Made by a program: the position numbers and the translations under genes. Source: a virus (Duplodnaviria > Caudoviricetes). From it: 64,000 bases of DNA. The stretch covers positions 32,560 through 96,559 of the IMG/VR virus record IMGVR_UViG_3300012667_001143, one strand, 5' to 3'. Shown here piece after piece: positions 1 through 10,536 of this stretch (position 1 is its first letter; every line of letters starts with the position of its first letter). The notes below the pieces were generated by a model. The model made no database searches. It saw only the letters and a list, made by a program, of their open reading frames with translations, and was not told the DNA's origin.

Positions 1-495
1 AAGAACGATAGATATATCAAATGGGACAACCTTCAGGTCTCAGAAGGTGCCGCCAAGATCACTGGATTTTCTGAAGAACAGTATCTCCGCAGGGCGGAAG
101 ATCCAAAGAAGGTTTGGAGAGATCTTTCTAAATATCTGTTCGATCCAGAATATATCGTTATTGGCCAAAACATTTTGGGCTTCGATGTTTATATGTTGAA
201 TATTTGGCTGAAGGGTATTGGTCAAAACAGTGATTATTCTTATTTGCCAAGAGTGATTGATACGAAGTCTTTATCTACAGCTATTTTTAAAAATATCTTG
301 CCAGATCGTCAAAACTTTTTATCTTGGCAGTATAAACTACTCAATCATAAAGAAAAAGGCTTGAAGACATCTCAGGCTAGTATGCTTAAGCATTACAATA
401 TTCCTCATGATCCCAAAAAACTGCACGATGCTCTTTATGACATCGAAATGACTTTCCAAATTTTCCTAAAACAAATCTACGATATCGAAGTATGA
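1..495 (+). CDS. DEDDh 3'-5' exonuclease (Pol III epsilon-like), 5' partial
   Basis: Frame open from base 1; ExoII GQNILGFD and ExoIII LHDALYD motifs; abuts dnaE. Confidence 0.85.
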   Translation, partial: KNDRYIKWDNLQVSEGAAKITGFSEEQYLRRAEDPKKVWRDLSKYLFDPEYIVIGQNILGFDVYMLNIWLKGIGQNSDYSYLPRVIDTKSLSTAIFKNILPDRQNFLSWQYKLLNHKEKGLKTSQASMLKHYNIPHDPKKLHDALYDIEMTFQIFLKQIYDIEV

Positions 496-3050
496 AAGAG
501 CTATTTACTGAATACCAAAATCCATTTCCAGCGGGCGTTAAACTGCCAACTATTCACATCGAGCAGAAGTATTACGACTTGCTTGGTTGTAGTTCTGAAA
601 TCAGCAATTTCAACTTCTTGAGAAAGCTTTGTTTTTGGGGTGTTAAGAATCGTAGTATTGACAAGCTGAAAAACAAACAAGAATACTATGATCGTCTCAC
701 TATGGAGCTTTCTGTGTTTGAAGAACTAGGTTTCGTGGACTATGTTCTTTTGAATTGGGACGTTCTTAATTTCTGTCACGAATCTGGAATTCCTACTGGT
801 GCTGGTCGAGGCAGTGCCGCTGGTTCTCTTGTTCTTTATGTGGTTGGCGTAACTAATATCGATCCAATCAAATACGATCTATTCTTCGAAAGATTTGTTT
901 CTAAGAGTCGAGCCAAAAAGATCTTCTCTAATGGGGAAGAATTCCTTGATGGAAGTCTTGCTCCAGACGTAGACAACGACATCAGCTATGATCGTCGTCA
1001 AGAAGTTATCGATTATATTAATAATAAATACAAAGGCAAAACATCCAAGATCCTCACTCTCAATACCCTTAGTAGCAAATTGTGCATTAAGGAGTGTGGC
1101 AAGATTGTCGGAGAAATGTCTGAATCTTCTGTAAACGAAGTTAGTGATACTATTCCAAAGAAGTTCGGAAAAGTCGCTAAGTTGAGCGATGCCTTTGCTG
1201 AAAGCGAATCCTTTAAAAGCTTCGCTTTGCAGAACAAAAAGATTTATAGTATTGCTAAGAAAATCGAAGGACTAACAAAGAATACTGGTGTTCATCCTTC
1301 TGGTATCGCAATCAGCTATTATAAAATGGATGATATTATGCCGATGCAAAGCACTGGCGAAGGAGCCATTATGTCTGGATACGACATGAATAACGTTTCA
1401 GAGCTTTCTGTTAAATTTGATATTCTTGGGCTTAGAACTCTCTCTGTCGTTCACGACGTATGCCGCCAGATCGGTATAAAGGCATCAGAAATCGATGTAG
1501 ACCATCCGAGTATCTATGCCGCACTACAGACTCTCAAAGCGCCTAGCGGGCTGTTCCAGATCGAAGCTGATACCAATTTTAAGGTAGCTCAGAAAGTTGC
1601 TCCAAAAAACCTTGAGCAGTTGTCTGCTGTGGTTGCTATTGCAAGACCAGGCGCTCTTGATTTCATGGATCGGTATGCTGATTATGCTCGCAATGGAGAG
1701 TTCCAATCTGTTCATCCATTCTTCGACGATGTTCTCAGTTATACAGGAGGAATTCCTCTTTATCAGGAACAGTTGATGAAGATGGCAACAAAGGTTGGAT
1801 TCAGCTTGGATGAATCTGAGCAGCTTCGTCGAATTGTTGGCAAAAAGAAGGTCGATCAAATGGTTGCTTGGCAGCAAAAAATCAGAGACAAGGTTCTTGA
1901 GAATAATCTAGATCCAGTCATTGCTGACGTTCTTTGGAAAGTCGCAGAAGACTCTGCAAATTATTCTTTCAATAAGAGCCATAGTATCTCATATGCCAAT
2001 CTTGCGGCTATTACTCTTTATTTGAAATTTAATTATCCTCAAGAATTCTTCCTTAGCTTGTTGAAGTATGCTCAGTTCGAGCCTAATCCTCACGAAGAAA
2101 TTCATAAGATTACACAGGAGCTTAGTTATTTCGACATTAAGCTTTTACCTCCAGATCTTTCTAAGTCTCAAATTGACTTCTGTATCGAAGGCAAGGATAT
2201 TCGTTATGGACTGAATACAATCAAGGGTGTGTCAACTAAGGTTCTAGAGTCTCTTCTAGAATTTAGAGAGTCTGAATTCGCGAATAAATACGAAGTCTTT
2301 ATTGCCGCTAAGCAAGTTGGTGTAAATATTGGTGTTCTTTCTGCGCTTATTCAAGCAGGTGTGCTAGACGCTTTTGTTAAGAAAGATCGTTGCCGTCTTG
2401 TGTTAGAAGCTCAAACCTTCAACACTCTAACAGATAGAGAAAAAAGAAACTTTATCTCACTTGGCGAAAAATACGATTTCGATATTCTTGAATCAATCAG
2501 CGCTTCGGTGAAAGATTCTTTGATTGGAGACGATAACAAAAAGATCTTTTCTGAGAAAAGATTTGAGACCTTTAAAAAGAAATACAATCCATATAAAGAA
2601 ATCTACGAGAAGAACAAAAAGCATTTGAAGTTTGCTAATTGGCATTTCGAATCAAAGCTTCTTGGCTATAGCTATTCGCAGAATATTCGGGAGATTTTCA
2701 AAAATGAAATTGGTGGAGATCTCGTTTCGTCTAACACTGTTTCCAATCAGGAAAATAATAGCGTCGTGAGATTTGTCGGCACTGTCTTGGATGTGATTTC
2801 CAGAACAAGCGCCAACGGAAATAAATATGCTAGAATTGAACTTTCGGATGAAACTGGAAATCTAACAGCCCTGCTACTGGATTCTGCGCGTGAGGCAAAA
2901 TACTCTCAATATATTCAATCTGGTAAAACGCTGCCCAAAAAAGGAGGAATCGTTATTTTGATTGGCAAGAAAAACAACGATATTGTCATTATCGATAAAA
3001 TGTCCTTGCTTGAAGACAAAATCTATATGAAACTTTCGGAAGTCAAATAA
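492..3050 (+). CDS. dnaE: DNA polymerase III alpha lacking the N-terminal PHP domain
   Basis: GRGSAAGSLV, PDVDND, HPSG, KFDILGL, FNKSH motifs; C-terminal OB fold; 852 aa. Confidence 0.95.
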   Translation: MKELFTEYQNPFPAGVKLPTIHIEQKYYDLLGCSSEISNFNFLRKLCFWGVKNRSIDKLKNKQEYYDRLTMELSVFEELGFVDYVLLNWDVLNFCHESGIPTGAGRGSAAGSLVLYVVGVTNIDPIKYDLFFERFVSKSRAKKIFSNGEEFLDGSLAPDVDNDISYDRRQEVIDYINNKYKGKTSKILTLNTLSSKLCIKECGKIVGEMSESSVNEVSDTIPKKFGKVAKLSDAFAESESFKSFALQNKKIYSIAKKIEGLTKNTGVHPSGIAISYYKMDDIMPMQSTGEGAIMSGYDMNNVSELSVKFDILGLRTLSVVHDVCRQIGIKASEIDVDHPSIYAALQTLKAPSGLFQIEADTNFKVAQKVAPKNLEQLSAVVAIARPGALDFMDRYADYARNGEFQSVHPFFDDVLSYTGGIPLYQEQLMKMATKVGFSLDESEQLRRIVGKKKVDQMVAWQQKIRDKVLENNLDPVIADVLWKVAEDSANYSFNKSHSISYANLAAITLYLKFNYPQEFFLSLLKYAQFEPNPHEEIHKITQELSYFDIKLLPPDLSKSQIDFCIEGKDIRYGLNTIKGVSTKVLESLLEFRESEFANKYEVFIAAKQVGVNIGVLSALIQAGVLDAFVKKDRCRLVLEAQTFNTLTDREKRNFISLGEKYDFDILESISASVKDSLIGDDNKKIFSEKRFETFKKKYNPYKEIYEKNKKHLKFANWHFESKLLGYSYSQNIREIFKNEIGGDLVSSNTVSNQENNSVVRFVGTVLDVISRTSANGNKYARIELSDETGNLTALLLDSAREAKYSQYIQSGKTLPKKGGIVILIGKKNNDIVIIDKMSLLEDKIYMKLSEVK

Positions 3051-3054
3051 CTCT

Positions 3055-3069
3055 GTGTAAATTAATATA
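3055..3069 (+). promoter_or_regulatory. GTGTA(A/T)-N8-9-ATG motif (putative late promoter)
   Basis: One of about 11 copies at fixed distance from a start codon. Confidence 0.6.
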
Positions 3070-5334
3070 ATGGATATTCAAAAAATCAACTTTACTTCTA
3101 GTGCTTCTAGATCTATTGATCAACTAGAAGATTATGCAAATCTTAAGCATCATGCATATCCAGATGCTGTTCACTTGTTCTACTTGTGTTTCAAAAATTC
3201 TAGCGGGTGCTTTTTAAACTTTCTTGTCAGCAGGGGCATTGATATTTCATTTCTCAAGCTAGAAAAGTGTTTGGAGAAATTTGTCAAAGAATCAGGCGCA
3301 AATGAAAAGCCAAGTAAAAACACAAAGATCTCAAAAAATTTAGAAAAGCTTATAAAAGCATCCTATTCTCTTTGCAAGAAATATGAACACGCTTACGTTG
3401 GAACTGAGCATATTATTTACGGCTTTTTAGAAAACACTGATAAGTTTTGTGATATGCTTCTGTCAATGGATATTGACACTGAGCATTTGAAGCTTTCTGT
3501 CTTGGCGTTTCTTGCTGGAGAAAATCCAAACACTGGATTTGGCGACGAAGGATTTGCTTTTGATGAGGATGAAGAAGACGAAGATGAATTTGCCGAATCT
3601 GATGTAAGCCACTTAAATAAGTATTGCTTGCTTTTGAATGAGCATGTAAAAAATCCATCGTTCCCAATTATTTCTGGTAGAGACAAAGAAATCAATCTGA
3701 TGCAGGAGGTTCTGTGTCGTAAACAAAAAAGCAATTGTATTTTAATTGGCGAAGCTGGAACAGGCAAAACAACAATCGTCGAAGGATTGACTCAGTTGAT
3801 TGAAAGCCCAAATTACGATGGTCCACTACTCAATAAAAAGGTATATTCACTTGATTTGGGTTCTTTGATTGCAGGAACTAAATACCGAGGGCAATTCGAA
3901 GCTCGATTCAGTAAGCTTCTTTCTGAGTTAAAGGAAACACCAAACAGTATTTTATTCATTGATGAAATTCACACTATTATTGGAGCTGGCGGCAAAGAAG
4001 GTTCTCAGGATTTTGCCAATATGATTAAGCCAGCTTTGGCTAGAGGAGAAATCAAATGCATTGGAGCCACGACATCTGCTGAATATAAAAAGCATTTTGA
4101 AAAGGATGCCGCTTTGACTCGACGATTTCATCCTGTCTACGTAGAAGAACCTTCGATTGAAGATGTTGCTTCAATGGTCAAGGGCGCTCTTCCTAGCTAT
4201 GAATCTCATCATAATGTAAAGTTTTCGCCTTCGCTTGCTTCTTTGTCTATTAAGCTTTGTGAAACTTATTTGCCGAATCAGCGTTTCCCAGATAAAGTTT
4301 TTGATGTGATTGATCAATCCTCTTCAAAAGCTAGAATTAGAAATAAAAAGAAATCCGCCAAGGTATTGATTGATGATGTTTATTCTGTCATCGCTGATAA
4401 AATCAACGTTGATGTTCAAACGATCAAAGAGTCCAATAATAAAAAATTCCACACATTCGAGTCTTCTTTGAACGATAGTATTTTCGGTCAGAAGAATAAC
4501 GTTTCTAAGATTTATGATTTGTTGGCTTGTGCAAAAGCTGGACTGCAAAATCCAGACAAGCCTATTGCCAGTTTCTTCTTCGTTGGACCAACAAGCGTTG
4601 GAAAAACCTTTACTGCAAAACAAATAGCTAAGCAGTTCTATGGAAACGAAAAAAGCTTTTTGCAATTGAATATGAGCGAGTATCAAGAGCAGGCTTCTAT
4701 CTCTAGGCTCATTGGAGCAAGTGCTGGCTATGTTGGTTATGAAGAAGGAGGTATTCTAACAGAATTTGTTCGAAAGAATCCGAACAGTCTTATTCTTTTT
4801 GATGAAGCTGAAAAATGCAATCCAAACGTTCTTAATTTACTGCTTCAGATTTTGGACGAAGCTTGCTTGAACGATAACCTTAATCGCTCTATCGATTTTT
4901 CTAGATGCATTGTCGTAATGACTAGCAACATCGGTGTCGCGCAGGCAGATTCTCCTCAATTAGGCTTTGCTCCGCAGCAGATTGATAAAGAGCAGTCTTA
5001 CAAGGATTCCGTGAAGAAGTCTCTGCCTCCAGAGCTTATTTCCAGAATCGATGAGCTTATTGTTTTTGACTCTCTCGACAAAGAATCTATTTGCAAGATC
5101 TTTCAATCAAGACTGAATGATATCAGCAAAAAAACTGAATTAAATAACATCAAGCTCAATTTTGAGATCAGTGCTTCTGATTTTATTGATTTTAATATGA
5201 ATGATCACGCTAGAGACATCAAAAAAATCGTTCGCCAAGGAATCGAGATTCCCCTCGCAAAATTCTTGGTTCAGAATTCGAAACTGAGCGAAGTCTCTGT
5301 GAAAATGCTTGACGGAAAGCTGAACATCTGCTAA
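3070..5334 (+). CDS. ClpA/ClpC-type AAA+ ATPase
   Basis: Clp N domain, Walker A GEAGTGKT and GPTSVGKT, FIDEIH, GYVGY pore loop, LGF ClpP-docking loop. Confidence 0.92.
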   Translation: MDIQKINFTSSASRSIDQLEDYANLKHHAYPDAVHLFYLCFKNSSGCFLNFLVSRGIDISFLKLEKCLEKFVKESGANEKPSKNTKISKNLEKLIKASYSLCKKYEHAYVGTEHIIYGFLENTDKFCDMLLSMDIDTEHLKLSVLAFLAGENPNTGFGDEGFAFDEDEEDEDEFAESDVSHLNKYCLLLNEHVKNPSFPIISGRDKEINLMQEVLCRKQKSNCILIGEAGTGKTTIVEGLTQLIESPNYDGPLLNKKVYSLDLGSLIAGTKYRGQFEARFSKLLSELKETPNSILFIDEIHTIIGAGGKEGSQDFANMIKPALARGEIKCIGATTSAEYKKHFEKDAALTRRFHPVYVEEPSIEDVASMVKGALPSYESHHNVKFSPSLASLSIKLCETYLPNQRFPDKVFDVIDQSSSKARIRNKKKSAKVLIDDVYSVIADKINVDVQTIKESNNKKFHTFESSLNDSIFGQKNNVSKIYDLLACAKAGLQNPDKPIASFFFVGPTSVGKTFTAKQIAKQFYGNEKSFLQLNMSEYQEQASISRLIGASAGYVGYEEGGILTEFVRKNPNSLILFDEAEKCNPNVLNLLLQILDEACLNDNLNRSIDFSRCIVVMTSNIGVAQADSPQLGFAPQQIDKEQSYKDSVKKSLPPELISRIDELIVFDSLDKESICKIFQSRLNDISKKTELNNIKLNFEISASDFIDFNMNDHARDIKKIVRQGIEIPLAKFLVQNSKLSEVSVKMLDGKLNIC

Positions 5335-5345
5335 TATACTCGTAT

Positions 5346-5561
5346 ATGAATAATACTGAAACCAACATCGTTAATGCAATGCGTCAGAGCAAGGGTCGCT
5401 TCTTCAGCCTCTCCACCAAGAACGGAAGCGTTTTTAATGCTCAGTTCTCTTATGAAACTCCAAAGACCGTTGTTATTTATGACCGAAACAACTTCTCCCA
5501 TCGTCGATTGAATAAGTCGAGTTTGACCCGCCTCGGAATGGGTAAGATTCAAGTCGGTTAA
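5346..5561 (+). CDS. small hypothetical protein
   Basis: ORF between TTGACG-17-TAATAT promoter and terminator. Confidence 0.75.
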   Translation: MNNTETNIVNAMRQSKGRFFSLSTKNGSVFNAQFSYETPKTVVIYDRNNFSHRRLNKSSLTRLGMGKIQVG

Positions 5562-5574
5562 TAAATTCTTAACG

Positions 5575-5602
5575 ACCCCAGTCGAAAGACTGGGGTTTTT
5601 TT
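5575..5602 (+). terminator. intrinsic terminator
   Basis: ACCCCAGTC-GAAA-GACTGGGGT then T-run. Confidence 0.9.
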
Positions 5603-5614
5603 GTATCATAAAAT

Positions 5615-6682
5615 ATGAATTCAGACTCCATTTATAAACATCAGCCGTATTTTTTTGAAATAGAAAAAGACCAATTCGAGAATAATGGAGAAATCGTTAA
5701 AAGTATTTTAGATGAGGTGTCTATTGGAGGAAGAGACGTTTCCGTTTCTTTCTTGGCTTCAAATTATAATCACGATGTATATAAAGCCATCGTTGATGGA
5801 AAGTTTTATTGCGTTAAATACAGCTTAGATCCAAACAATACGGGTTTAAAAACAGAGTTCAATATCATTAAACAACTCTCAAATGATTGTTCGTGCAAAG
5901 CGTTTCATTATGGACGGGAGCTTTTTGGGGAAAAGATTCATTATTTAGTATCCTCTTATGAGAAAGGTGAGAGCTTGAAAAATTCTGGAGCTTTTTCTTT
6001 CATGAATAACATTGACGAGTTTTTCTTCAAATACTCTTTGATTCAAAATGGAAAAGCAGATGCTGTATTTTTCAATGAATACATCAACGACTTTCTGAAT
6101 TCGGCGCGTCTAGATCAGTTTCCAGAGGATGGTATTGAGGCAATGAGCGCTCACACAGACATTGAAATTATTAAAGAAACAATAAAATCAATAGAACTGG
6201 AAATATTTTCTCTTTGCAGCCCAAAAGTAATTAAAAAGAATCAGTTATGCCACGGTAAATTAAAACCGTCTAATGTATTGTTTAAGAATGAAACTTTTAA
6301 ATTTATAGATTTTACCGAATCTTATATTGGAAACATTTATTTAGACATTGCTGGTTTATGCATTTACTATGGATTTGACGAGCAAAAAGAAAAGTTTGTT
6401 CTAGATAAGTTCATGCAAATCAATGGCATTGATCCAACTCAAGATCAATACGCCGAGTATGAAGTTTGTAGCCAGATAATGAGAAGAAAAATCTTTTTAG
6501 ATATTCTCACTGAATACTTAAAAGAGGTTTACGTTTTCTCGTCTTCTAGGCCGATGAGAATTGCCGAAATAATTAATTTGTTTGCAATGAACAGTAAGAA
6601 ATTTTTTAGAATACCAACGGTTAATAAACACTATGAGTTTTTGTATAAGTGTATATTAGAACCGATTACTTCTGAAAATTAA
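5615..6682 (+). CDS. APH/choline kinase-fold protein, probable pseudokinase
   Basis: HGKLKPSN (HGD expected) and FIDF motifs. Confidence 0.7.
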   Translation: MNSDSIYKHQPYFFEIEKDQFENNGEIVKSILDEVSIGGRDVSVSFLASNYNHDVYKAIVDGKFYCVKYSLDPNNTGLKTEFNIIKQLSNDCSCKAFHYGRELFGEKIHYLVSSYEKGESLKNSGAFSFMNNIDEFFFKYSLIQNGKADAVFFNEYINDFLNSARLDQFPEDGIEAMSAHTDIEIIKETIKSIELEIFSLCSPKVIKKNQLCHGKLKPSNVLFKNETFKFIDFTESYIGNIYLDIAGLCIYYGFDEQKEKFVLDKFMQINGIDPTQDQYAEYEVCSQIMRRKIFLDILTEYLKEVYVFSSSRPMRIAEIINLFAMNSKKFFRIPTVNKHYEFLYKCILEPITSEN

Positions 6683-6873
6683 CCAAAAACAATAGAAGCT
6701 AATATCAAAGAAGAATCGTTGACATTTATAGAGCCGCCACCTCCTCCCTCTAGAGCTAATCCAGTTCCATTGACTGTTGGAATTTCATTGAAACTAACTG
6801 GTTTATTAAAAGGAATCCCAGTTAAAGAATTTAATCCAAAAAGTTGTAAATTTTCGCTCTGTTGTTGTGGCAT
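6679..6873 (-). CDS. short fibre-fragment-like protein
   Basis: C-terminus DSSLILASIVFG resembles that of 9822..10145. Confidence 0.55.
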   Translation of the reverse strand: MPQQQSENLQLFGLNSLTGIPFNKPVSFNEIPTVNGTGLALEGGGGGSINVNDSSLILASIVFG

Positions 6874-6879
6874 AATGGT

Positions 6880-7056
6880 TTATTGGTTTTTGTAAAACTC
6901 TTCCGCTGCTTCTAAACTATCGAACCAATACCATTCATCTATTGGGTATTCGTATACATCTTTATCCTGAATTACCAATACATAACCATTACCCTCTACG
7001 TAATTGGGGGCATGCAGTAGTTCACCGTTTTGTTGTTTATAAAATCCCTCTGTCAT
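6880..7056 (-). CDS. 58-aa partner of LRR protein (not in ORF track)
   Basis: MTEGFYKQQ...EWYWFDSLEAAEEFY, similar to 10149..10532 (YYKKQ...GWKWFDTPEAAYAYF). Confidence 0.75.
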   Translation of the reverse strand: MTEGFYKQQNGELLHAPNYVEGNGYVLVIQDKDVYEYPIDEWYWFDSLEAAEEFYKNQ

Positions 7057-7060
7057 AAAA

Positions 7061-9436
7061 TTAGCCTGTTACTGCCCAGCCTTTTAATAGTGCTGTTCCT
7101 GTTCTTAATTGTCTAAATGATAATGAACTAGCAGTACCGCTTGTCATTGGTCTAGACACTGTAACACTTGTATTTGTAAGAATACTTTCAACTTGTGTTC
7201 TATAGCGCAATGTTCCACTTCCGTTTGTCGTTAGTGCTAGAGCTGGTCCTCCAACGGTAGCAGCTACTCGAAATGTATCTGTAGCGCTATTCACTACGTA
7301 GTATATTCTATTTGCTACTATACCAGTTGTAGTAGTAATTGTCGCAAATGAAACTTCGTCACCATTTTGTAAGCCATGCCCCCCTAGAGTTACTGTATCT
7401 CCAGTGTCTTGAAATGTTACTGATCTTACTGTTGTCAACGGTGAGCCAGTTCCTGTAACTTGCATACCAGCAATAATTCCAGTAGTGTCGGCCATTGTTA
7501 TTGTTTTCCCGCCAACTGATGGAGTGCCTGTTCGTGTTACTGGTGTAGGAGCGCCCCAATTGTTTGTAATAGTCAGGGTTTGAGATGCCGCGCCAATTGT
7601 ATCAAGATTGTCGAATACGCTTTCAAGCTCTTCTCTTGATAATTTACAACCGCTATAAGATAATGTGTATTCGGCATTTTTTAACACACCCCTTGTTAAA
7701 GAAGGACAAGCTGTAAATATATTTGAAAATTTACTAGTCAACGTGCCAGCGCCTGTTGTATTTGTAAAATTAACGGTAATTAAAGAAGCACAAAATCTAA
7801 ACATGCTAGTCATATTTGTCACAGATGTTGTATTGAACAATGGAACCGAGATTAATGAGATACAACCGTCAAACATAAAAGACATATCTGTTACTGCATC
7901 TGTGACAAATGTTGTTGGTGTTGTCGGAAGCGAAATCAAAGATGTACAATTGCTAAACATGGCGGACATATTTATCACAGAAGCCGTGTTAAATAACGGA
8001 ACTGAGGTTAATACGGAGCAAGTGTTAAACGTAGCATTCATATTTGTCACAGATGCAGTGTTAAAATGTGGAACTGATGTTAATGCGGTACAATTGCTAA
8101 ACATAGTAGACATATTTTGCACAGATGTGGTATTGAACAATGGCACTGATGATAAAGACCTGCAATTATTAAACATGCTAGACATATTTGTCACAGATGC
8201 AGTGTTAAAATGTGGAACTGAGGTTAATGCGGAACAGTTATTAAATATGCCATTCATATTTGTCACAGATGCGGTATTGAACAATGGCACTGATGTTAAT
8301 GCGGTACAACCGTTAAACATACTAGACATATCTGTCACAGATCCCGTGTTAAATAACGGAACTGAGGTTAAAGATAAGCAAGCGGTTAACATACTAGACA
8401 TACTTGTCACGGATTTTGTGTCGAACAATGGTACCGAGCTTAAAGATAAGCAAGAGTTAAACATTTGAATCATACTTGTCACAGACTTAGTATTAAATAG
8501 TGGTACTAATGTTAAAGATCTACAAGCGTTAAACATAAAAGACATATTTATCACAGAAGCCGTGTTAAATAACGGAACTGATGTTAATGAGGAGCAAGCG
8601 CTAAACATAGCAGTCATATTTGTCACAGATGCAGTGTTAAAATGTGGAACTGATTTTAATGCGGTACAACTGCTAAACATACTAGTCATATTTTGCACAG
8701 ATGCGGTATTGAACAATGGCACTGACTGTAAAGATGTACAACTATTAAACATGCTTTCCATGCTCGTTACAGTAGATGGGATATTTAATGAAATATTTTC
8801 GAGAGATCTTAAGTTTGCAAATAGACCAGCGGCACTAGCCATATTTCCTAAATTTAAACCTACAAAATTAATTAAATTTTTGCAAAAAACAGCAGATTCT
8901 GTAGTATTTCCTAAAAATATACTAGTACTTGATTGAAGATTCGGGCAAGATAATATTATCTCAAGTATTGGAGATACATTAGGAAATGTAGATCCAGTTA
9001 AAGCATACTTTTGATTAAAGTCAATCGATATTATATTATTACCTACTTGTGGAGTAATAACAACAATTGCCATTTTATAACCATCTGATGTTTCGTCTTG
9101 GCTATCAAAATATGCGTTTGTAAAAGAATATTCATGTTGAGCTTTTTGAAGACTTGCAAAGTTTTCAGGTGCGCTACCATCACCCCAATCGACAGTGTAA
9201 CTACCGCTGACATTGAAAGCTAAGAAATTTGAGCCTTGTGGGAAAATAGGCATTAATAATGCTATTTTCTGTTCAGATGGTGTTATGGTTGGCATTGTAA
9301 GCCAATCAGCAGGACGTGTCCAAGCTGACTTATTAATTGGCTGTTTAATTCTCAATCGATCAAACCTATCTTTCTTAAAGAAAGACGATTTTTGTGTCAC
9401 CAATGGACCTACTTTGTTTCCATATCTAGCGCTCAT
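7061..9436 (-). CDS. DUF285/BspA-like LRR protein, putative receptor-binding
   Basis: Tandem 22-aa PLFNTxSVTNMxxMFxxCxxLxSV repeats; YTVDWGDG; tail cluster context. Confidence 0.8.
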   Translation of the reverse strand: MSARYGNKVGPLVTQKSSFFKKDRFDRLRIKQPINKSAWTRPADWLTMPTITPSEQKIALLMPIFPQGSNFLAFNVSGSYTVDWGDGSAPENFASLQKAQHEYSFTNAYFDSQDETSDGYKMAIVVITPQVGNNIISIDFNQKYALTGSTFPNVSPILEIILSCPNLQSSTSIFLGNTTESAVFCKNLINFVGLNLGNMASAAGLFANLRSLENISLNIPSTVTSMESMFNSCTSLQSVPLFNTASVQNMTSMFSSCTALKSVPHFNTASVTNMTAMFSACSSLTSVPLFNTASVINMSFMFNACRSLTLVPLFNTKSVTSMIQMFNSCLSLSSVPLFDTKSVTSMSSMLTACLSLTSVPLFNTGSVTDMSSMFNGCTALTSVPLFNTASVTNMNGIFNNCSALTSVPHFNTASVTNMSSMFNNCRSLSSVPLFNTTSVQNMSTMFSNCTALTSVPHFNTASVTNMNATFNTCSVLTSVPLFNTASVINMSAMFSNCTSLISLPTTPTTFVTDAVTDMSFMFDGCISLISVPLFNTTSVTNMTSMFRFCASLITVNFTNTTGAGTLTSKFSNIFTACPSLTRGVLKNAEYTLSYSGCKLSREELESVFDNLDTIGAASQTLTITNNWGAPTPVTRTGTPSVGGKTITMADTTGIIAGMQVTGTGSPLTTVRSVTFQDTGDTVTLGGHGLQNGDEVSFATITTTTGIVANRIYYVVNSATDTFRVAATVGGPALALTTNGSGTLRYRTQVESILTNTSVTVSRPMTSGTASSLSFRQLRTGTALLKGWAVTG

Positions 9437-9440
9437 AATA

Positions 9441-9806
9441 TTAACTGATTCTATTTACATAACCGAAGATATTGACTCCGCTTGGAACGGAAACATTGCC
9501 ATAAATAGGAAATTCGGAAGATCCATCCCCTTTGGCTATTAAACCTGGGCAAATCAAAACGTTTCCAGCATATGCTTCTATAACGCCTTCAAATAATATA
9601 TCTGTTGTAAAATTTGTTCCTCCATATAAAATGTTCAACATTACATCTGAAGTTGTTGGGTTTGAAGCATATAACCAAACTTCGTCAATTATACCACTGT
9701 TAGTTTCAGTGCTATGAATTAGTGTGGTGTTTGTGCCAGTTGCTGTTATAGTTATTGATTTACCGTTGTTACTTTGTGATAAGAGTTGTTTTGTATAAGT
9801 TGCCAT
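9441..9806 (-). CDS. small beta-rich virion adaptor protein
   Basis: Between fibre fragment and LRR gene. Confidence 0.6.
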   Translation of the reverse strand: MATYTKQLLSQSNNGKSITITATGTNTTLIHSTETNSGIIDEVWLYASNPTTSDVMLNILYGGTNFTTDILFEGVIEAYAGNVLICPGLIAKGDGSSEFPIYGNVSVPSGVNIFGYVNRIS

Positions 9807-9821
9807 AATATTATTATTTTA

Positions 9822-10145
9822 TTATATAAACATCGAAATTCCAATTATTGAACTAACATTATCAGCTATGTAGTATCTTTCGTCAGCTAATTGGAGTGTG
9901 AGAATGCTATCTGATGTATTTACTGTTTGATTTGGTAATCTATTAGCAGTACCATTACCTACAATATTGTCGCTAAATGTTTTTACACCAGCAATCGATT
10001 GATCGCCTGTATTATAAACTAAGTTATTAGCAGTTACTGTTCCACTAGCGCTAATATTACCAGAAACAGTTAAACGTTCATTTGGAGTTGCCGTACCAAT
10101 GCCGACATTTCCAGCATTTAAAGATGGTATAGGTTTATGAGACAT
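9822..10145 (-). CDS. truncated fibre C-terminal cassette
   Basis: AGNVGIGTxTPNERLTVSGNISASG shared with 12146..14524. Confidence 0.65.
   Translation of the reverse strand: MSHKPIPSLNAGNVGIGTATPNERLTVSGNISASGTVTANNLVYNTGDQSIAGVKTFSDNIVGNGTANRLPNQTVNTSDSILTLQLADERYYIADNVSSIIGISMFI
10041..10116. repeat. 76-bp direct repeat, copy A
   Basis: 70/76 identical to 12953..13028 by manual alignment. Confidence 0.9.
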
Positions 10146-10148
10146 GTT

Positions 10149-10532
10149 TTATAAATTTTTTGCTTGGTTGAAGATCTCGTTGACATCATCTTCTGTTTTA
10201 TTCAGTGCATCAGCTAATACATAAATCAACGGATTACTCTTAGATATACTCGTAGTGTATTCCCATTCAATAAGAGCAGATTCGTTGTCTTTCAACATAT
10301 CTGTTATTACACTTGGATTTATACCATTATTTAATAAACTCAATCTAAATTGACGAGGAGTTACATCATCAGTTGAGTTGCTGAAATAAGCATATGCTGC
10401 TTCAGGAGTATCAAACCATTTCCAACCATCGTGTGATTGATCGATTGTAGTTTCATCCAGTGTGAAATCAGGACCATAAATAGTTTCACCCACTGATACG
10501 GAATTGTCTTGTTGTTTTTTATAGTAACTCAT
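10149..10532 (-). CDS. LRR partner / fibre chaperone-like protein
   Basis: GWKWFD motif; VTPRQFRL..L C-terminal domain. Confidence 0.65.
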   Translation of the reverse strand: MSYYKKQQDNSVSVGETIYGPDFTLDETTIDQSHDGWKWFDTPEAAYAYFSNSTDDVTPRQFRLSLLNNGINPSVITDMLKDNESALIEWEYTTSISKSNPLIYVLADALNKTEDDVNEIFNQAKNL

Positions 10533-10536
10533 ATAT

